A stretch of DNA of 63,560 nt, counting the filler, from Collodictyon triciliatum (Eukaryota), in the NCBI GenBank assembly GCA_043381765.1. It is 19 parts of 19 records of this genome, joined end to end, with 100 filler letters (N's around TTAATTAATTAA, not from the genome) between each part and the next. Parts side by side here need not be neighbours in the genome. Positions count along the whole stretch, not along the records: positions 50,027 to 53,338 come from JBHJMP010007493.1; positions 53,439 to 56,747 come from JBHJMP010007494.1; positions 56,848 to 60,152 come from JBHJMP010007495.1; positions 60,253 to 63,560 come from JBHJMP010007496.1; 15 more parts are not named here. The stretch is one strand, 5' to 3'. The notes beneath the pieces are model-generated. The model was not told the DNA's origin, did not search any database, and was given only the letters and a program-made list of their open reading frames with translations. The position numbers were made by a program, and so were the translations under genes. Shown piece after piece: positions 50,731 through 63,560 of the stretch. Within the stretch, counting starts at the first letter, position 1, and every line of letters starts with the position of its first letter.

Positions 50731-53133
50731 ATGTCATATACGGGTGCCATAAACGTATCTTACACTTCATTTTTCCTTGAATATTTCTGGAGGTATCATG
50801 AAAACTTCACACAGCAATCATACTCTTTACATACCAATCACCTCCTCTCCCTCTCCCAGCTCTCAAATATATTTATCATGGGCATACTTATCACAGTACT
50901 AATCGAAAAACTAATTAAACAGACATCTATCCTGGATAATAGCCTGGAAAAAAATTTTAAATCCAAAAGAGGTGTCAAAGATAATTCTCCCATAGCATAT
51001 CAAAGCACCGATACAGAGGATATCGCAGTATCGCACACTAAGAAGCAACGGCATCAAGATCTGATGAGAAACTGGAAAACCAGTCTTACCATCCATACAT
51101 CTGTCGCTGAAGAAAATATACATATAGATGGAGCCTGGTATTCCACTACAACAACATCTCAAGTTCTGCCTGAAGTTACTGCCAACGAATCGGAAAAGAC
51201 CCTGGAAGATATGGCATTTTCCTGCACAAGCGAAGTGTCAAAGTGCGTACACCCTCAGTATATCGAACCGAGCTTTTCAAGACCACGGGATTATAGAAAA
51301 ACGACGGATTTGTCGACATGTGGCTCGAGTAAAGAAAGCACATGCACTTTGCACGAAGAACAATATACATCTGCAAAACGTTTGTCTAGTGGCGATAATG
51401 ACAGCACTGAAGATGATAATCAAACACCCCTTCATCAACAAACTAAGACATCTAGAAACCCTAGAAATTCCATCAGACAATTGCAAAAAACGAAGGCTCC
51501 GATTGGGGCGCCTCCACTACAAAAGAAACCAGCACAGATAGATCCCCTGATACCAGAAATATTTTCGTTTGCAAGCCAAGTTGTTTTTAAAGTTGAACGA
51601 TCCCCACTTTACAATGTGATTATTCGCGGTCGAAATATCACTCCATCATTTCGCCTATCTTTGACAATTCCAACACCATGCCATGCAACTTTTTTAGGTC
51701 AAACAGTATCCTTTCATCATGTCGTGGCAGCCAACAAGCAAGAATTGAAGGGCCTCATATCTGTAGTGTGCAAAAATTATACCTATTTCCAACGATTATT
51801 GATTGAAGATAAACTGCCTGTCGACGTGATCTGCACAATCAACCAAGAACGAACCATGTTTGCCGATTTTCAAAAGTTGAAAATCATAGATGTGAAGCTC
51901 GGTAATGACGTGAACATCCAATTTATTGCTTCGATCATGTACAACGGATATCGTTATGTCATATCAATATCAGAGCCTCATCAACTGTATGTATGTGCTC
52001 AATGCGAGCACGAAGAGATGACCACAGCAAAAATTATATGGGATGGGATTAATACTTCCATGTCCAGGCTAAATGAAACATCGCCAATACCTGAGGTCCT
52101 ATCAAGGATAAACAAAAGATGGGAGCAGCACTTTGGCCATAATTTTGCAGATTTGCAATCTTTCATATTTTTGTGCAGCTTAAATTCACACTCCAACACG
52201 CCAGCTGCAAAGACTCAAAACCCTACAGACTTTTCTATGGAGATGAATATCGTAGAATTTGTATCGGACCCGCACACACATCCCCGCCGATCGCCCTTAC
52301 CAAGTCCCAGACAAAAGAAAAAGATGTCGGTGGGCTTGTCAAAAGACACCCCATGGGATGACCCGCCCCAGAAGTCGAAACTCGATGCACCAACACAAAC
52401 CAGCTCATCTGACAAAGCCCTCGTATTATCAACCAACATTAGCGCATCAAATGGCAATTCTACCAACACACAATATTCAATGTCATGCCTAGATACCCCA
52501 CGAGCGTCTAATGGCCCATTCACCCACAGTGGCCTCAAACCAAACTCTCAAATAAATGGGGTTAGTCATATGGATTTGTGCCTTTCAGCTCCTTTGCTTA
52601 ACGAAAGATCTCTGAACGAACGACACACAGATGCAGATTCGACTAGTTACAATGCTGTGGGCTATGCTGGGTTATCTACAAGCCAGGAGTACTCTCAAAT
52701 ATCATTTTCTTCATTTCAGCGCGTTTGGGCTATCGTCTACGCTGCTGGAAAGGCTCTAGAACGAGACTGTGGTCTGGCCCAGTTATGGAGAGAGGGCTTT
52801 GTCCATTCATTTTGTTCAAAAGTCAAGGTCCATCACATACTACAAACCACAGCAAAGTTGACTTCAGGTGCGTTTCTGGTTAGATTCTCGGAGCGGTTCC
52901 CTGGATATTTGTACGTGTCCTTTGTTAACGACCGCAAGAAGATTAAAGACAGAAAAATTGAGTTGTCTTCAATTAGAAAACCAAAGGTTCTTGGAATTTT
53001 GAAGAAATATACATTTCTCGAATACATATTAAGGGCAAATGGCGAGCTATCAGAGAAACATGAGGCTCTGAGACTGCAGTCTGTTGTTGTAGATTACGAC
53101 TCAGAGCTTGATTCATACAAAACCCTGGATTGA
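50731..53133 (+). CDS. Intronless protein of up to 800 aa with C-terminal STAT-type linker-SH2 domain (true start may be a downstream ATG)
   Basis: ISFSSFQRVWAIVY...LAQLWREGFVHSFCSKVKVHHILQ...SGAFLVRFSERFPGYLYVSFV resembles the STAT linker-SH2 pattern LWxxGxIxGFxSK...GTFLLRFSE. Confidence 0.82.
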   Translation: MSYTGAINVSYTSFFLEYFWRYHENFTQQSYSLHTNHLLSLSQLSNIFIMGILITVLIEKLIKQTSILDNSLEKNFKSKRGVKDNSPIAYQSTDTEDIAVSHTKKQRHQDLMRNWKTSLTIHTSVAEENIHIDGAWYSTTTTSQVLPEVTANESEKTLEDMAFSCTSEVSKCVHPQYIEPSFSRPRDYRKTTDLSTCGSSKESTCTLHEEQYTSAKRLSSGDNDSTEDDNQTPLHQQTKTSRNPRNSIRQLQKTKAPIGAPPLQKKPAQIDPLIPEIFSFASQVVFKVERSPLYNVIIRGRNITPSFRLSLTIPTPCHATFLGQTVSFHHVVAANKQELKGLISVVCKNYTYFQRLLIEDKLPVDVICTINQERTMFADFQKLKIIDVKLGNDVNIQFIASIMYNGYRYVISISEPHQLYVCAQCEHEEMTTAKIIWDGINTSMSRLNETSPIPEVLSRINKRWEQHFGHNFADLQSFIFLCSLNSHSNTPAAKTQNPTDFSMEMNIVEFVSDPHTHPRRSPLPSPRQKKKMSVGLSKDTPWDDPPQKSKLDAPTQTSSSDKALVLSTNISASNGNSTNTQYSMSCLDTPRASNGPFTHSGLKPNSQINGVSHMDLCLSAPLLNERSLNERHTDADSTSYNAVGYAGLSTSQEYSQISFSSFQRVWAIVYAAGKALERDCGLAQLWREGFVHSFCSKVKVHHILQTTAKLTSGAFLVRFSERFPGYLYVSFVNDRKKIKDRKIELSSIRKPKVLGILKKYTFLEYILRANGELSEKHEALRLQSVVVDYDSELDSYKTLD

Positions 53134-53487
53134 CTGAACCTGAAGAGATCTACATGGCAACTGCAAAATCAGAACCATCTTATAATTGTCTCAGCCAAAC
53201 GTTTTGTCATTGTTATGGGTTTTTGTGTTTTTTGTGTTTTTTTGTGTTTTTTGTGTTTTTTATTTGTTTTTTTGTGTTTTTTTTTTGTGTTTTTTTGTGT
53301 TTTTTTGTGTTTTTTTTTTTTTTTTTTTTTTTTTTTGTNNNNNNNNNNNNNNNNNNNNNNNNNNNNNNNNNNNNNNNNNNNNTTAATTAATTAANNNNNN
53401 NNNNNNNNNNNNNNNNNNNNNNNNNNNNNNNNNNNNNNTTTGTTTTGTTTTGTTTTGTTTTGTTTTGTTTTGTTTTGTTTTGTTTTG

Positions 53488-53518
<31 letters not shown>

Positions 53519-53644
53519 GTTTTGCCTCGTAAATGGCTATGTTATTGATACTTATTAGAAGAAAAGACTTTATATAGCTTACATGAAGCAGCTTCATACT
53601 ATCCTCTAGTGAAAATGGCTCACTGCGCTAAATGTAATATTCAG

Positions 53645-56470
53645 GAAGTCAAGGTATCCAGGCAACTGCACAGCAGCTCTATGGGAGGCTTGCCGGTCTT
53701 CGGCTGCGGCACCTACATACTTTGATCCCTACATTTTAAGTTTGTTGGATGCTTCTTGATATATTACTGTATCTGTTGTCACCACCACCACTACTACTAC
53801 CACCCCTTTGCCGTGTGGCTCTCTTCCGAATATCCCTCATACACAATATAATAGATTCCTTTTGAATTAAATAGCGCTCCATCGCATTGAGACATATGGC
53901 ATCACTTTTTTTATTTTTGAGAATGAAACACAACCTCTTATTGCAATTTTCATCATTTTCTTTCGCAGAAAATAGTGTTCTGAAAGACGGTGCATTGATT
54001 GCAAATAATCCAACCGCCATTGCTATTCATGAAGCTAAATGTCTTTGGCCAGATAGACCCATCGATTGCATAGTTTCATTAGGAACTGGAGCGCATCCAA
54101 CTATGCCAGTAAGACTTCATTTTTCTTTCTCTTTCTATTTTTGAATAAGCCATGGGCTTTGAGTATACCCATGTATGTTTATGCTTTGTATATTCAGTAA
54201 TCGAAATAAAATGGCCTTTTTTTTTTAAGAAGCTCCTATGTTATCCATTCAGGTTCGGGAAGTTGGAGGGTGGGGTGGACTGGTGAATATTGTTTTATAT
54301 AGCGCATTAGAAGTAGACAAGACTCACGAAGCCATTTCAGACGTCATGCCAAAGCACTCTTATTTTCGTTTCAATCCAGTGCATGATATATTCAGCACGA
54401 TAGGTAAATAGAAATAGTTCAATTAGATTACACCATCTCATTCTTTTCTATTCCCAGTACAATTTTCGTAATTTAAATTTCCGTTGTTGATTCAATACCC
54501 AACAGCAGCTAAATATTTTAAACATGCGTTCATTTCTCTTGACTTTATTGAATAGAATATTTACCGGGAATGTGAATAAAAAAAAAAGACAAATATATAA
54601 ACAGGAATAGACGAAATACGACGCGACGTGTTACATCGTCTCGTTGATATAACAAGGAAGTACATGGAGAATCAAGAATCAAGAAGGCTTGAAGCATTGG
54701 CATATTTGCTAAATCTGAATAGGTCACCAGTAGAAGAGGACTTTGTCGTCATGGACGAAATCCTAAGAAAACCACTGCCAGTTAGTACAGAAGGAACATC
54801 GGAAACTGGTGCACAAAAAGAGAGTCCTGTTGACCCCGAACAAAAGAGTGACCTTCAGGTTTATTCCTTGTCTTTACAACTCTCATTCCCGTATTTGTTT
54901 TGTAGCCTATCATTTTGATAAATACAAATAACTCTACCTGGTTCATTTTTATGGACAAAGGAATAGAAAGATGATACAAGAATGAAATTAATATATTTTA
55001 ATTGATATAGTAATAAAAAAAAACAATAATAGGAATCAACGATAGTTTTAGATGAAACAGAAAAAAAGTTTATTGCGGATATAAGTCGTATCAAGAGCAT
55101 TTTTATATTGAGTGCATCAAATTCTGGCACTAATCCCACAAAACTCTTGTTTGTTTTTTCTCCTTTTGTCATCACTCAATTTTTCTATACATGTTTGATC
55201 GCTGACATTTATTTCAAGTGAAATATTCTATGTACACAAAGTATCATAATATTTCACCATCGTTAATTTAATTTTATTTGTCAGTAAATAGTTCTCAACG
55301 GGTAAGTACGTATCATTAAATTTATGATTCATACCTCGGAATAGAAAATTTATATCTTGGCTGAAAAGGCCTTTTCTCGATCCAGTCAAGTATACCATCC
55401 CTCAATCAGCAGCTTTTAATGAAACGGACTCAAAGGCCATTCCGAACGGTTCTGACGAATCTTCCAACATTACTTACGGTCGCTTTTTGGTGGCTACCGT
55501 AGATGAGATATCGAATGATTTTGGGCTATTCAAGTCTCTACTTAGCCAGGTGATTTTGGTTCAATCTCAATCAAAGTTTTCATCATTCATATTAACCAAA
55601 CCATTTTAAAAACCAAACTAGTACATCCACCAGATTTATGCTAAAAAAAAAAGTAAAATTATTACGATTTAGTTGAACTTCCAGCCGTGTCAATGTGTAG
55701 TGCCGGGAAAGTATTTTTCCAAAACATCATATCTCACTATTCGAGTACCAGACTACTTGTACGATTCTGGGGTGGCAGGAATGAAGCGTAATTTTCTTTC
55801 AAAGTCTTTGTTTAAAACGTGTGTATGACGTTAAGCTTTTTTTCACTAATTTTTTTCCTACTAATTTTCTTTTCTCTTTTTCAAATGTTTTCATCAACAC
55901 AGGACTGCCAGAAGCATTGTCCGATTTGGATGAAGCAATACTCCATGTGCATGACTCCAAATGTGTTCGCCCGATGACAACAAATGAGGCACCTGTTGGA
56001 AATCCGGAATTTTCTATACCTCGGTCATCATCCATCGACATCGCATCACGCAAGCAGAGCATTTCTATGTCTGCCTCCCATCCAAATTCATGGACCGATA
56101 GTATATCATCCTTCCTAGGAGACAAACCGAGCCTTAAAACAGATGACGCTGACATATGCGGCACATCATCGAAATCTTTTCCGTGCTCACTGCAGGATCA
56201 AGAAGCAGATCCGGTCAACCTTGCATCGGATTTTTTTCCTGTTGCCACTGATGAGCAGAACGGATATTCTCTGGGACAGGTAGAAGACATTATCGATCCG
56301 GTGATTGGTTGTGATGTCGGTCAGTCTTATTGGGTCGATTGGCTTGATATCGAAAAATTTATGGATGACATAAAGAAAGAGGCTGCGGATCAAAAGCTCA
56401 ACCAAATTCACATCGACGGTAAGCCAAATTCCATACGATTCCTTGAATGGCTTCGTCCTGCTTTTGAGGT
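53645..56470 (+). CDS. Patatin-like phospholipase (iPLA2-gamma/PNPLA8-like), internal fragment with long C-terminal extension
   Basis: LWEACRSSAAAPTYFDP, DGALIANNPTAIAIHEAKCLWPDRPIDCIVSLGTG and SYFRFNP. Confidence 0.9.
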
Positions 56471-57095
56471 AAGATTGTAGTCCTTATTTCATTTCATCTA
56501 TTTCCATCCTTTTATCTCCTTTTTTTTGTTTTTCTCTTTTTCTCTTTTTCTCTTCTCTTTTTTTAGTTTTTCTCTTTTTCTCTTTTTCTCTTCTCTTTTT
56601 TTAGTTTTTCCTTTTCTTTTTTTCTCTTTTCTTTTTTTTCTCTTTTCTTTTTTTTCTCTTTTCTTTTTTTCTCTTTTCTTTTTTTCTCTTTTCTTTTTTT
56701 CTCTTTTCTTTTTTTCTCTTTTCTTTTTTTCTCTTTTCTTCTTTTCTNNNNNNNNNNNNNNNNNNNNNNNNNNNNNNNNNNNNNNNNNNNNTTAATTAAT
56801 TAANNNNNNNNNNNNNNNNNNNNNNNNNNNNNNNNNNNNNNNNNNNNATGTCTTTTTATGTCTTTTTTTATGTCTTTTATGTCTTTTTATGTCTTTTTAT
56901 GTCTTTTTATGTCTTTTTATGTCTTTTTATGTCTTTTTATGTCTTTTTATGTCTTTTTATGTCTTTCTTTTATGTCTTTTTATGTCTTTTTATGTCTTTC
57001 TTTTATGTCTTTTATGTCTTTTATGTCTTGGTTGAATCTGACCTCCCCGTTTCGCTTGAGACGAAAGAGACCACCTCCAAGCAACGTCGAATCAA

Positions 57096-59950
57096 ATGTC
57101 CGCCAAGGGAATTGTGAAGAACATCCTATCTGGAGACTCTGTTGTGCTCTTGGGTACGGCCAGCGGCTTTTTTCTTTTCTTTCTTTCTTTATTCCTTTCC
57201 TCAGCCTTTCTGGAACTTCCTCATGTTTATCTCGTTACACTCACGTTATTTTCTATGGGACCAATTTTTTTTTGTGAAACAACACTGTAAACTCACTCAC
57301 GTATTCTCACAGCCCTATTCGTACTCTTCTCGCAACTCATTAATTCATTTACTTTTGTCACTTACTTTCATCTTCCTCTCTGCTTTGACATATTTACGTA
57401 TTCAGGCACCACGAAGACCGGTGTTAACGCGGAAAAGACATTGACGCTTTCTTATGTCCGTGCCCCTCGAATGGCGCGTCTGCCGACGGAAGTTGACGAG
57501 GTTTACTCAAAACACTCAAAAGCATACGTTTGAAGTCGAACTCTTGCAGACATCCGCTCCCTATTTTTTTCCTTTGGAAATACCCCTTCATTCAGTTGTG
57601 AACACTGTCTGACTCATTCGCGATCCTCTCTATCATCTATATTAGCCATATGGTTTCGCCAGCCGTGAATATCTTCGTAAGACGCTCATTGGCAAAACCA
57701 TCAGCTTCCAAGTGGAGTCTGTCAATGAAACCTCGGGCAGAGAATTTGGCTCGGTGTGTCTTGATTTATTTTATTCCTCATTCTACTCTTCTTTTTCTCT
57801 CTTTCTTCTTGTTTATATCGTTCTGACCTGAATACTTCAGATTTATTTGGATGAAGAAGATGTCCGAATCAAGTTGGTCGAAGAGGGTCTTGCGAAAGTC
57901 AACCGTGAATCGAAACACCAGGACGAGTGAGAGCGAATCTGCGCACTCATATCATTATTTCATGCAGCAAATTTTCCTGATAGCCGTGCGGTTGTGTCAT
58001 AATTATAAGCTTTAACATATCTTCTTTTTCTGCATTTTGTCAGATACTTGCAGTACCTTTGTGGTGTCGAAGATAAAGCCATCGCATCCAAAAAGGGTAT
58101 TTGGGCCACTGGTGAAGGTAGAAGCCACCGATTTCATGTTCAGCAAAATACTTTTTTTAAATATACATATATATTTTTGTCTTATTATGCATCAACAGCA
58201 AAGAGAGATGCGGTTCGCAAGGTGATTCACGTTGAAGGAGAGGAAAGCCGAAAGATTTTCAAGGCTCTTGAGTTGAAGGCCGTCCCTGGTTCGTTAAAAC
58301 AATCAGAAGTATTAAAAAACAGAAAAGAAAAGAAAAGGACCGTTAAATCATATTGTCCCAAGCTCCAAACTTCACCCTTTTCATCGCATAGCCTTACCTA
58401 TTTGAAATTTGCTAATTCTGTTGAAAACAACAGGTATTATTGAGTTTATTCAGGATGGGTCATCATTCCGTATCCTGCTGTATCCCTCGCAATACCTGCC
58501 TGACAAGAATGCCTTCTATTACATTAAGGCTCACCTCTCTGGAATCCAAGCCCCCATCGCAAAGAAAGATGGCGTAATATTTCACTTCGTATCACGTCTT
58601 AACTGTTCGACTTAATCATTTCCCGCTCAAATCTCCCAACTTAATTGCCAATTTAGACTTCATATGTGTGTGCTATTAAAACCTTTAACTCTGCCTCATA
58701 CACTTCAGAATATCTCACATAATATATGATTTATAGGAGGTCCAGCCCTTCGCCCGTGAAGCCAAACAGTTCTGTGAGCCCCGCATTTACCAGCGAGAAC
58801 TGGGTATCTTGATTGAAGGTTGTGCCAACTCTTTATTCATGGCATATTTGCCCAAATACCGCTGTGTATTTTAATTTTGGTGTTTTAAAAATTCTATATA
58901 TATATATTGCATGGGTTAGGTGTTGATAAGTACAATAACTTCTTTGTGACTTTGAAGCACCCCCAGGGTAACATTTCTTTGGAGTTGATTCGGAACGGTT
59001 TGGCAAAGTAAGTGCGAATAAAAAGAAAAAGAAATACTGAAATATATCCATAACATGTGCCTGAATTTATTCATCAACTATATATAATTTCATGAAGGAT
59101 TGCTGACTGGAGCATCGCATTTGCTGCACAAGCTGCCGAACTCCGCAAGGCCGAAGAGTCTGAATATTTTCTATGAAAATATAATAATATTACCTATCTT
59201 ACTTTTCATTAATGACCCTCATGGAAATCTCAAAATAAAATTCTAGAGAGGCCAAAAAGAAAAAGCTGAACATCTGGAGAGATTATGTGGTATGCTTCTG
59301 ATCATTTGGATCTATTCGTATGATTCCATATTGATTAATTCAATTAATTTTTTTTTCATTTTCTCCTCCTTACATCTAAACTTTTAAAACAATATTCGTA
59401 GGAACCAGCAAAAAGCACAGACGGACTTTCCACTCGCGAGTTCGATGCTCGTGTATGAATAATATTATGTCATACAAAACCAACATAGTTTTAAAAGTTT
59501 ATTTTTCCCTATTTCACTGTCAAAAACTATCCCATCAAATTCTTAAAGTCATCGAACTCTTTTACTCTTTTTTTTTTTCTTTTCCACATTGCCTTGCTTT
59601 ATTGCATCCCCGTTTCTTTAGTGTATTTTTTGAGATTTTTATATATCAATCTACCAAAAACGTAGGTCGCAGAAGTCAGCAGCGGAGATACTATCCTCGT
59701 TCAAGATTTGGGCAATCTAAGCAACACTAAAAGAATCAATCTATCCAGCATCCGCGCTCCGAAGTATATTCTCGACATTTGATTTTTTATTTTATTTTGA
59801 GAATAACTGAACGAGTCCCGAAGCACTACGCTTGATATAATACGCGAATGCATGTATCCAGGATTGGTAATTTGAAAAAGGGAGAGAAAGATTTACCATA
59901 CTCATGGGAAGCTCGTGAATTTGTTCGCACTCGCCTCATCGGCAAAACGG
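57096..59950 (+). CDS. SND1: Tudor staphylococcal nuclease (SN repeats 1-3), 3' partial
   Basis: MSAKGIVKNILSGDSVVL, LSYVRAPRMAR, EPYGFASREYLRKTLIGK, GIIEFIQDGSSFRI, HLSGIQAP, QPFAREAKQF, INLSSIRAP and PYSWEAREFVRTRLIGK. Confidence 0.95.
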
Positions 59951-60053
59951 TGTGTAAATGTCATCAAGATGCCATATGAATCTTATTTTCGAATGTCCCT
60001 CTTGCAAGGCAAACTATACGATATCGTTTCATAATAATCGCTCGGTATCGAGG

Positions 60054-60152
<99 letters not shown>

Positions 60153-60320
60153 NNNNNNNNNNNNNNNNNNNNNNNNNNNNNNNNNNNNNNNNNNNNTTAA
60201 TTAATTAANNNNNNNNNNNNNNNNNNNNNNNNNNNNNNNNNNNNNNNNNNNNAACAAAACAAAACAAAACAAAACAAAACAAAACAAAACAAAACAAAAC
60301 AAAACAAAACAAAACAAAAC

Positions 60321-60351
<31 letters not shown>

Positions 60352-61822
60352 CATATGATTCTTAATTCATCTCTAGTTGATATATTTGTAACCCTTTCTC
60401 ACCTCATTCTCAAAGTTTGCTAATAGGATCAAAGCTGGATGCTGATGTTCGTATCCAACTGTATTTCGTTCTTTTTATGCAATTTTTTCTTTTTGCTTAG
60501 GCTTGACAGCGTAATAAATGTGTCATTTTCTTTAAATGGGTTAAGATACTACTAGCTGTCGTATTGCCTTCCACGGTACGCTCCTCGAGCCTGTTGATAT
60601 GAGCGCCAATCAACATCATAAACTCAAAATATTCAAATTCAAGAGGAAGGAAGGTGCCATCGAAAGGGTACGCCTTCATTTATTTTTAATCATTTTTAGA
60701 CAAAGTTAATAAAACAAAAAATAACAGAAAGATGATGCACCCAAAAACAAAAAAGACAGAAAAGTGAAACTGCTCTGAAATAAAGCATATTAAAATATTG
60801 GATTCAAGAAAAAAAAAAGTAACTTTCTTTGTATAAATGGAAGGTATTACTGGGAAACTATACTAATAACTGATTTAATCTTCCATTCTGGTAAGGTTGT
60901 GGACGGGAATTCGTGCATTGGAAAGAAACTATTCAAGAAAGAGACTGACATGAATGCATTTATTGGAATGAAAATAATTCGAGAACCATCTGGTCAGTTT
61001 GAATTCAAAACAATCATATTGTTATTTCTAGTGTGCTTCGCAGCCTTATTTTTGTTCCTGTTACATATTGATATAATTAAATGGAACTGCACGAGGGATT
61101 CATTTTTAAAAATAGTGTGAAAAGAAAGTCCAATCAACCAATTAATATACATATTAATAAAATAATTAAAAAAATAAATAGGAATCGAAGGAACCATAGA
61201 GTCATCTTTTGGGAAAAGTGGAAAGTTTAAAGTGTATTTCCCTTCTGGAAGTATGAACCCGGATTGTCGAGATGCATTAGTGCTCAATTTCAAGCGATAC
61301 ATCTTTGACTCTGAAAAGAAAATGGTGCAATAAAAATTGAAGAACAAGAAAATAAATGAAATGAAATGAGGTGATGATGGGAGCAATGAATGGAAAATAT
61401 ACACAGAGCGCCTATCGTGTTGCCATCTTTCCACTTAAAAGTGTACATATCAAAGTCTCATTCTTTTAAACAAGTTTGCTCTCAGATGCTGCGAGTTGTG
61501 AAATTCATGTTTATTTTTCCTGACAAGATCAATATCAACATGCGAACAATATAAAGAACGATTAATCAATCACCAGATTGATAAATTATTTCCTGTGAGG
61601 CACATAAGGCACACTCGCATCTAATTGATAGATGTAACAGCCACTTTGCGGGTATAGCCTAAAATAAACAAGTAAATGATTGAAACAAATACGTGTGTAT
61701 ATAAGTTGAAATTTATTCTTTGGACTTTGTTGCGGTTCCCCCCTCTCGTTAACCCCTGGGGTATTTTCTTTTTGAGGACTACTCTTTTGTGCGATGCTGC
61801 AGCAGTTCACACGAAACGCTCA

Positions 61823-62448
61823 TCACAGATCCCCCTTGTCACCCCCTCCAGCCATTGCTTGCGGATTTGCCTTCGGCCACCAGGCAGGAAAGTATGGAAC
61901 CACAAATATATTCTTCCAGTCGCGAAGCACCATCGGCTTTCCGACATTCTCAAGATACACCATGGCCAGTCCCATATTCCCCGACGAAGCCAACAACGAC
62001 CCGACAGTATTCTTTCTTGTGCTGCTTGTTTCATCTGCCACTTGAATAGATTCGTCTGAATCCAGTGCAAGCTCAAACAACTGGCGGGAGGGAGTTTCGC
62101 CGGTGGGTGTAGCATTCTCTGTGGCACTGGCGCTTGGGTGTTCGGGAGTTGTTGGAAGAGAGAATGTTGGGTCCGCAAAGAGCGGGAGATATTGCTCCAG
62201 GTCACTTGTATTATTGTAGTCATGTTGTGTTGACTGAAAGAGGGACATATAATCAGTAGAGTCTGTGCGTGGGGTGAGTCTCACGGGAAGGATTCTCTTC
62301 CTCACAACACCGCGGTAGTGGGTGCGGGCTGATAGTTCTTGCCCTTGGTAGCAGCCTTTCGTCCAGCTGATTCCAGGAAGGATATCAAAATTTGCTGTCG
62401 TGATATGACCATGAATTTTTTTTAAAATGGTGATACTACTACTACTAA

Positions 62449-62543
<95 letters not shown>

Positions 62544-63410
62544 GGCGCTGGTATATCGTTAAAACGAGCACATGATGCAGAGTCATAGAAACATGGTATT
62601 GAGACAGAGAGAAGAAAAAAAGAAACCTTCCAAAGGTACCAGCTCAGCAAATCCAAGTTCCTGAGTTCCTTCCGCGATTCCGTGTGACATACGAAACATT
62701 TGATAGGAAGTCGTGTTGTGTAGTTCTGTGTTGTCGATGGCAGCTAGATGACATTTATTTTATTTATTTATTTATGCAAATAGAGACAAATCAATCATAA
62801 TTATGTTCTAAATTCATCAGTTTATTTGGTCTTTGATCAAATATATACATAAAAGATTAAGGAAACAATTATCATATATTGTAATTTAATTAATACGAGG
62901 TTTCCCCTTCTCGACAATTAATCTGTATCCCATATTCTTCGATCTTGGATCACTATTGTGATCAAATTAATGGTAATACATACATGTCAACTCAAAACCA
63001 AAATCAAATATACTAGTATTTTGTTAAGGCATCAATTTAAATACATCATATAATAAGTACGAAAAAAAATCGTTATGAAAACCGTACAGTATTTTTAAGG
63101 ACGAGGTGTGTCCTTTTTCCTTGAGTGTTGGAAGTGATTGATCTCTTGTAATCGGCCAGATATGCCAAGTAGAAAACATGGATGAAATCTGTCGTTGTTA
63201 AAAGAGTAAGTCAGACTCAACCAAACGATATTGGGTAAAATTTATATCGCCTTACTATCACTATGATGATTGAGAGGTAGCTTACGTCAGTGAAACAGAT
63301 TTTCTTTCTGATGTCAAACTTTTGGAAGTGACTCATGATTTCGAACAATCTTGAAGAATCGCAATCGATCAGATAATCTTGTGTAGGACTTTCCTAAGAT
63401 GCATGATCAG
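61823..63410 (-). CDS. IBA57: IBA57/CAF17 (YgfZ/GcvT-like) mitochondrial Fe-S assembly factor, 5' partial
   Basis: [10 protein letters not shown]...[42 protein letters not shown] contains the KGCYxGQE signature. C-terminal PYFPAWWP. Confidence 0.93.
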
Positions 63411-63560
63411 ATGCAATATATAATGTACAAATTGAATCAGAATTACAGGGAATGAAGTTTGTGGACAAAAAACAAGGCATATTCTAGAAACAAAGAAAAA
63501 GGAAAAAGACAAGAAAAGAAAAGAAAAGAAAAAAGAAAAGAAAAGAGAAAAGAAAAGAGA

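Noticed and set aside
60400-61540. Possible spliced gene downstream of IBA57 on the minus strand
   Set aside because: Exon-like pieces are present, but no consistent gene model or recognisable domain could be built.
62405-62656. Poly-Tyr N-terminus of the 277-aa IBA57 ORF
   Set aside because: It is read-through of an intron containing (TAA)n. The spliced frame joins VPLE to ANFDIL.

Overview
This is eukaryotic DNA from an intron-rich, microsatellite-rich genome, probably a protist; the taxon cannot be fixed from the sequence. The window is not contiguous. It is 19 unrelated contigs, mostly about 3.3 kb, joined by artificial 100-nt N-TTAATTAATTAA-N linkers, so nothing should be inferred across linkers. 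Recognisable spliced genes or fragments: a kelch/Cys-rich receptor pseudokinase, Fyv7/TAP26, a TPR protein, a kelch protein, rhomboid-UBA, BEACH-WD40, a DHHC palmitoyltransferase, Arp1/centractin, an aquaglyceroporin, a patatin phospholipase, Tudor-SN and IBA57. There are also four large intronless orphan-like ORFs and a 54-bp satellite. The main finding is absent from the ORF track. Contig 23990-27306 carries a decayed, near full-length Fanzor1-type (eukaryotic TnpB-like, RNA-guided RuvC) gene on the minus strand. It is followed by a nested stem-loop (candidate omega-RNA) and a Helitron-like CTAG|T end. Two related L1/Tx1-like LINE subfamilies leave eight recognisable 3' pieces, including 18-56 nt stubs with 17-18 bp target-site duplications, one of which interrupts the Fanzor. 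Both subfamilies also sit in the (TAA)n tail of the same unnamed repeat.
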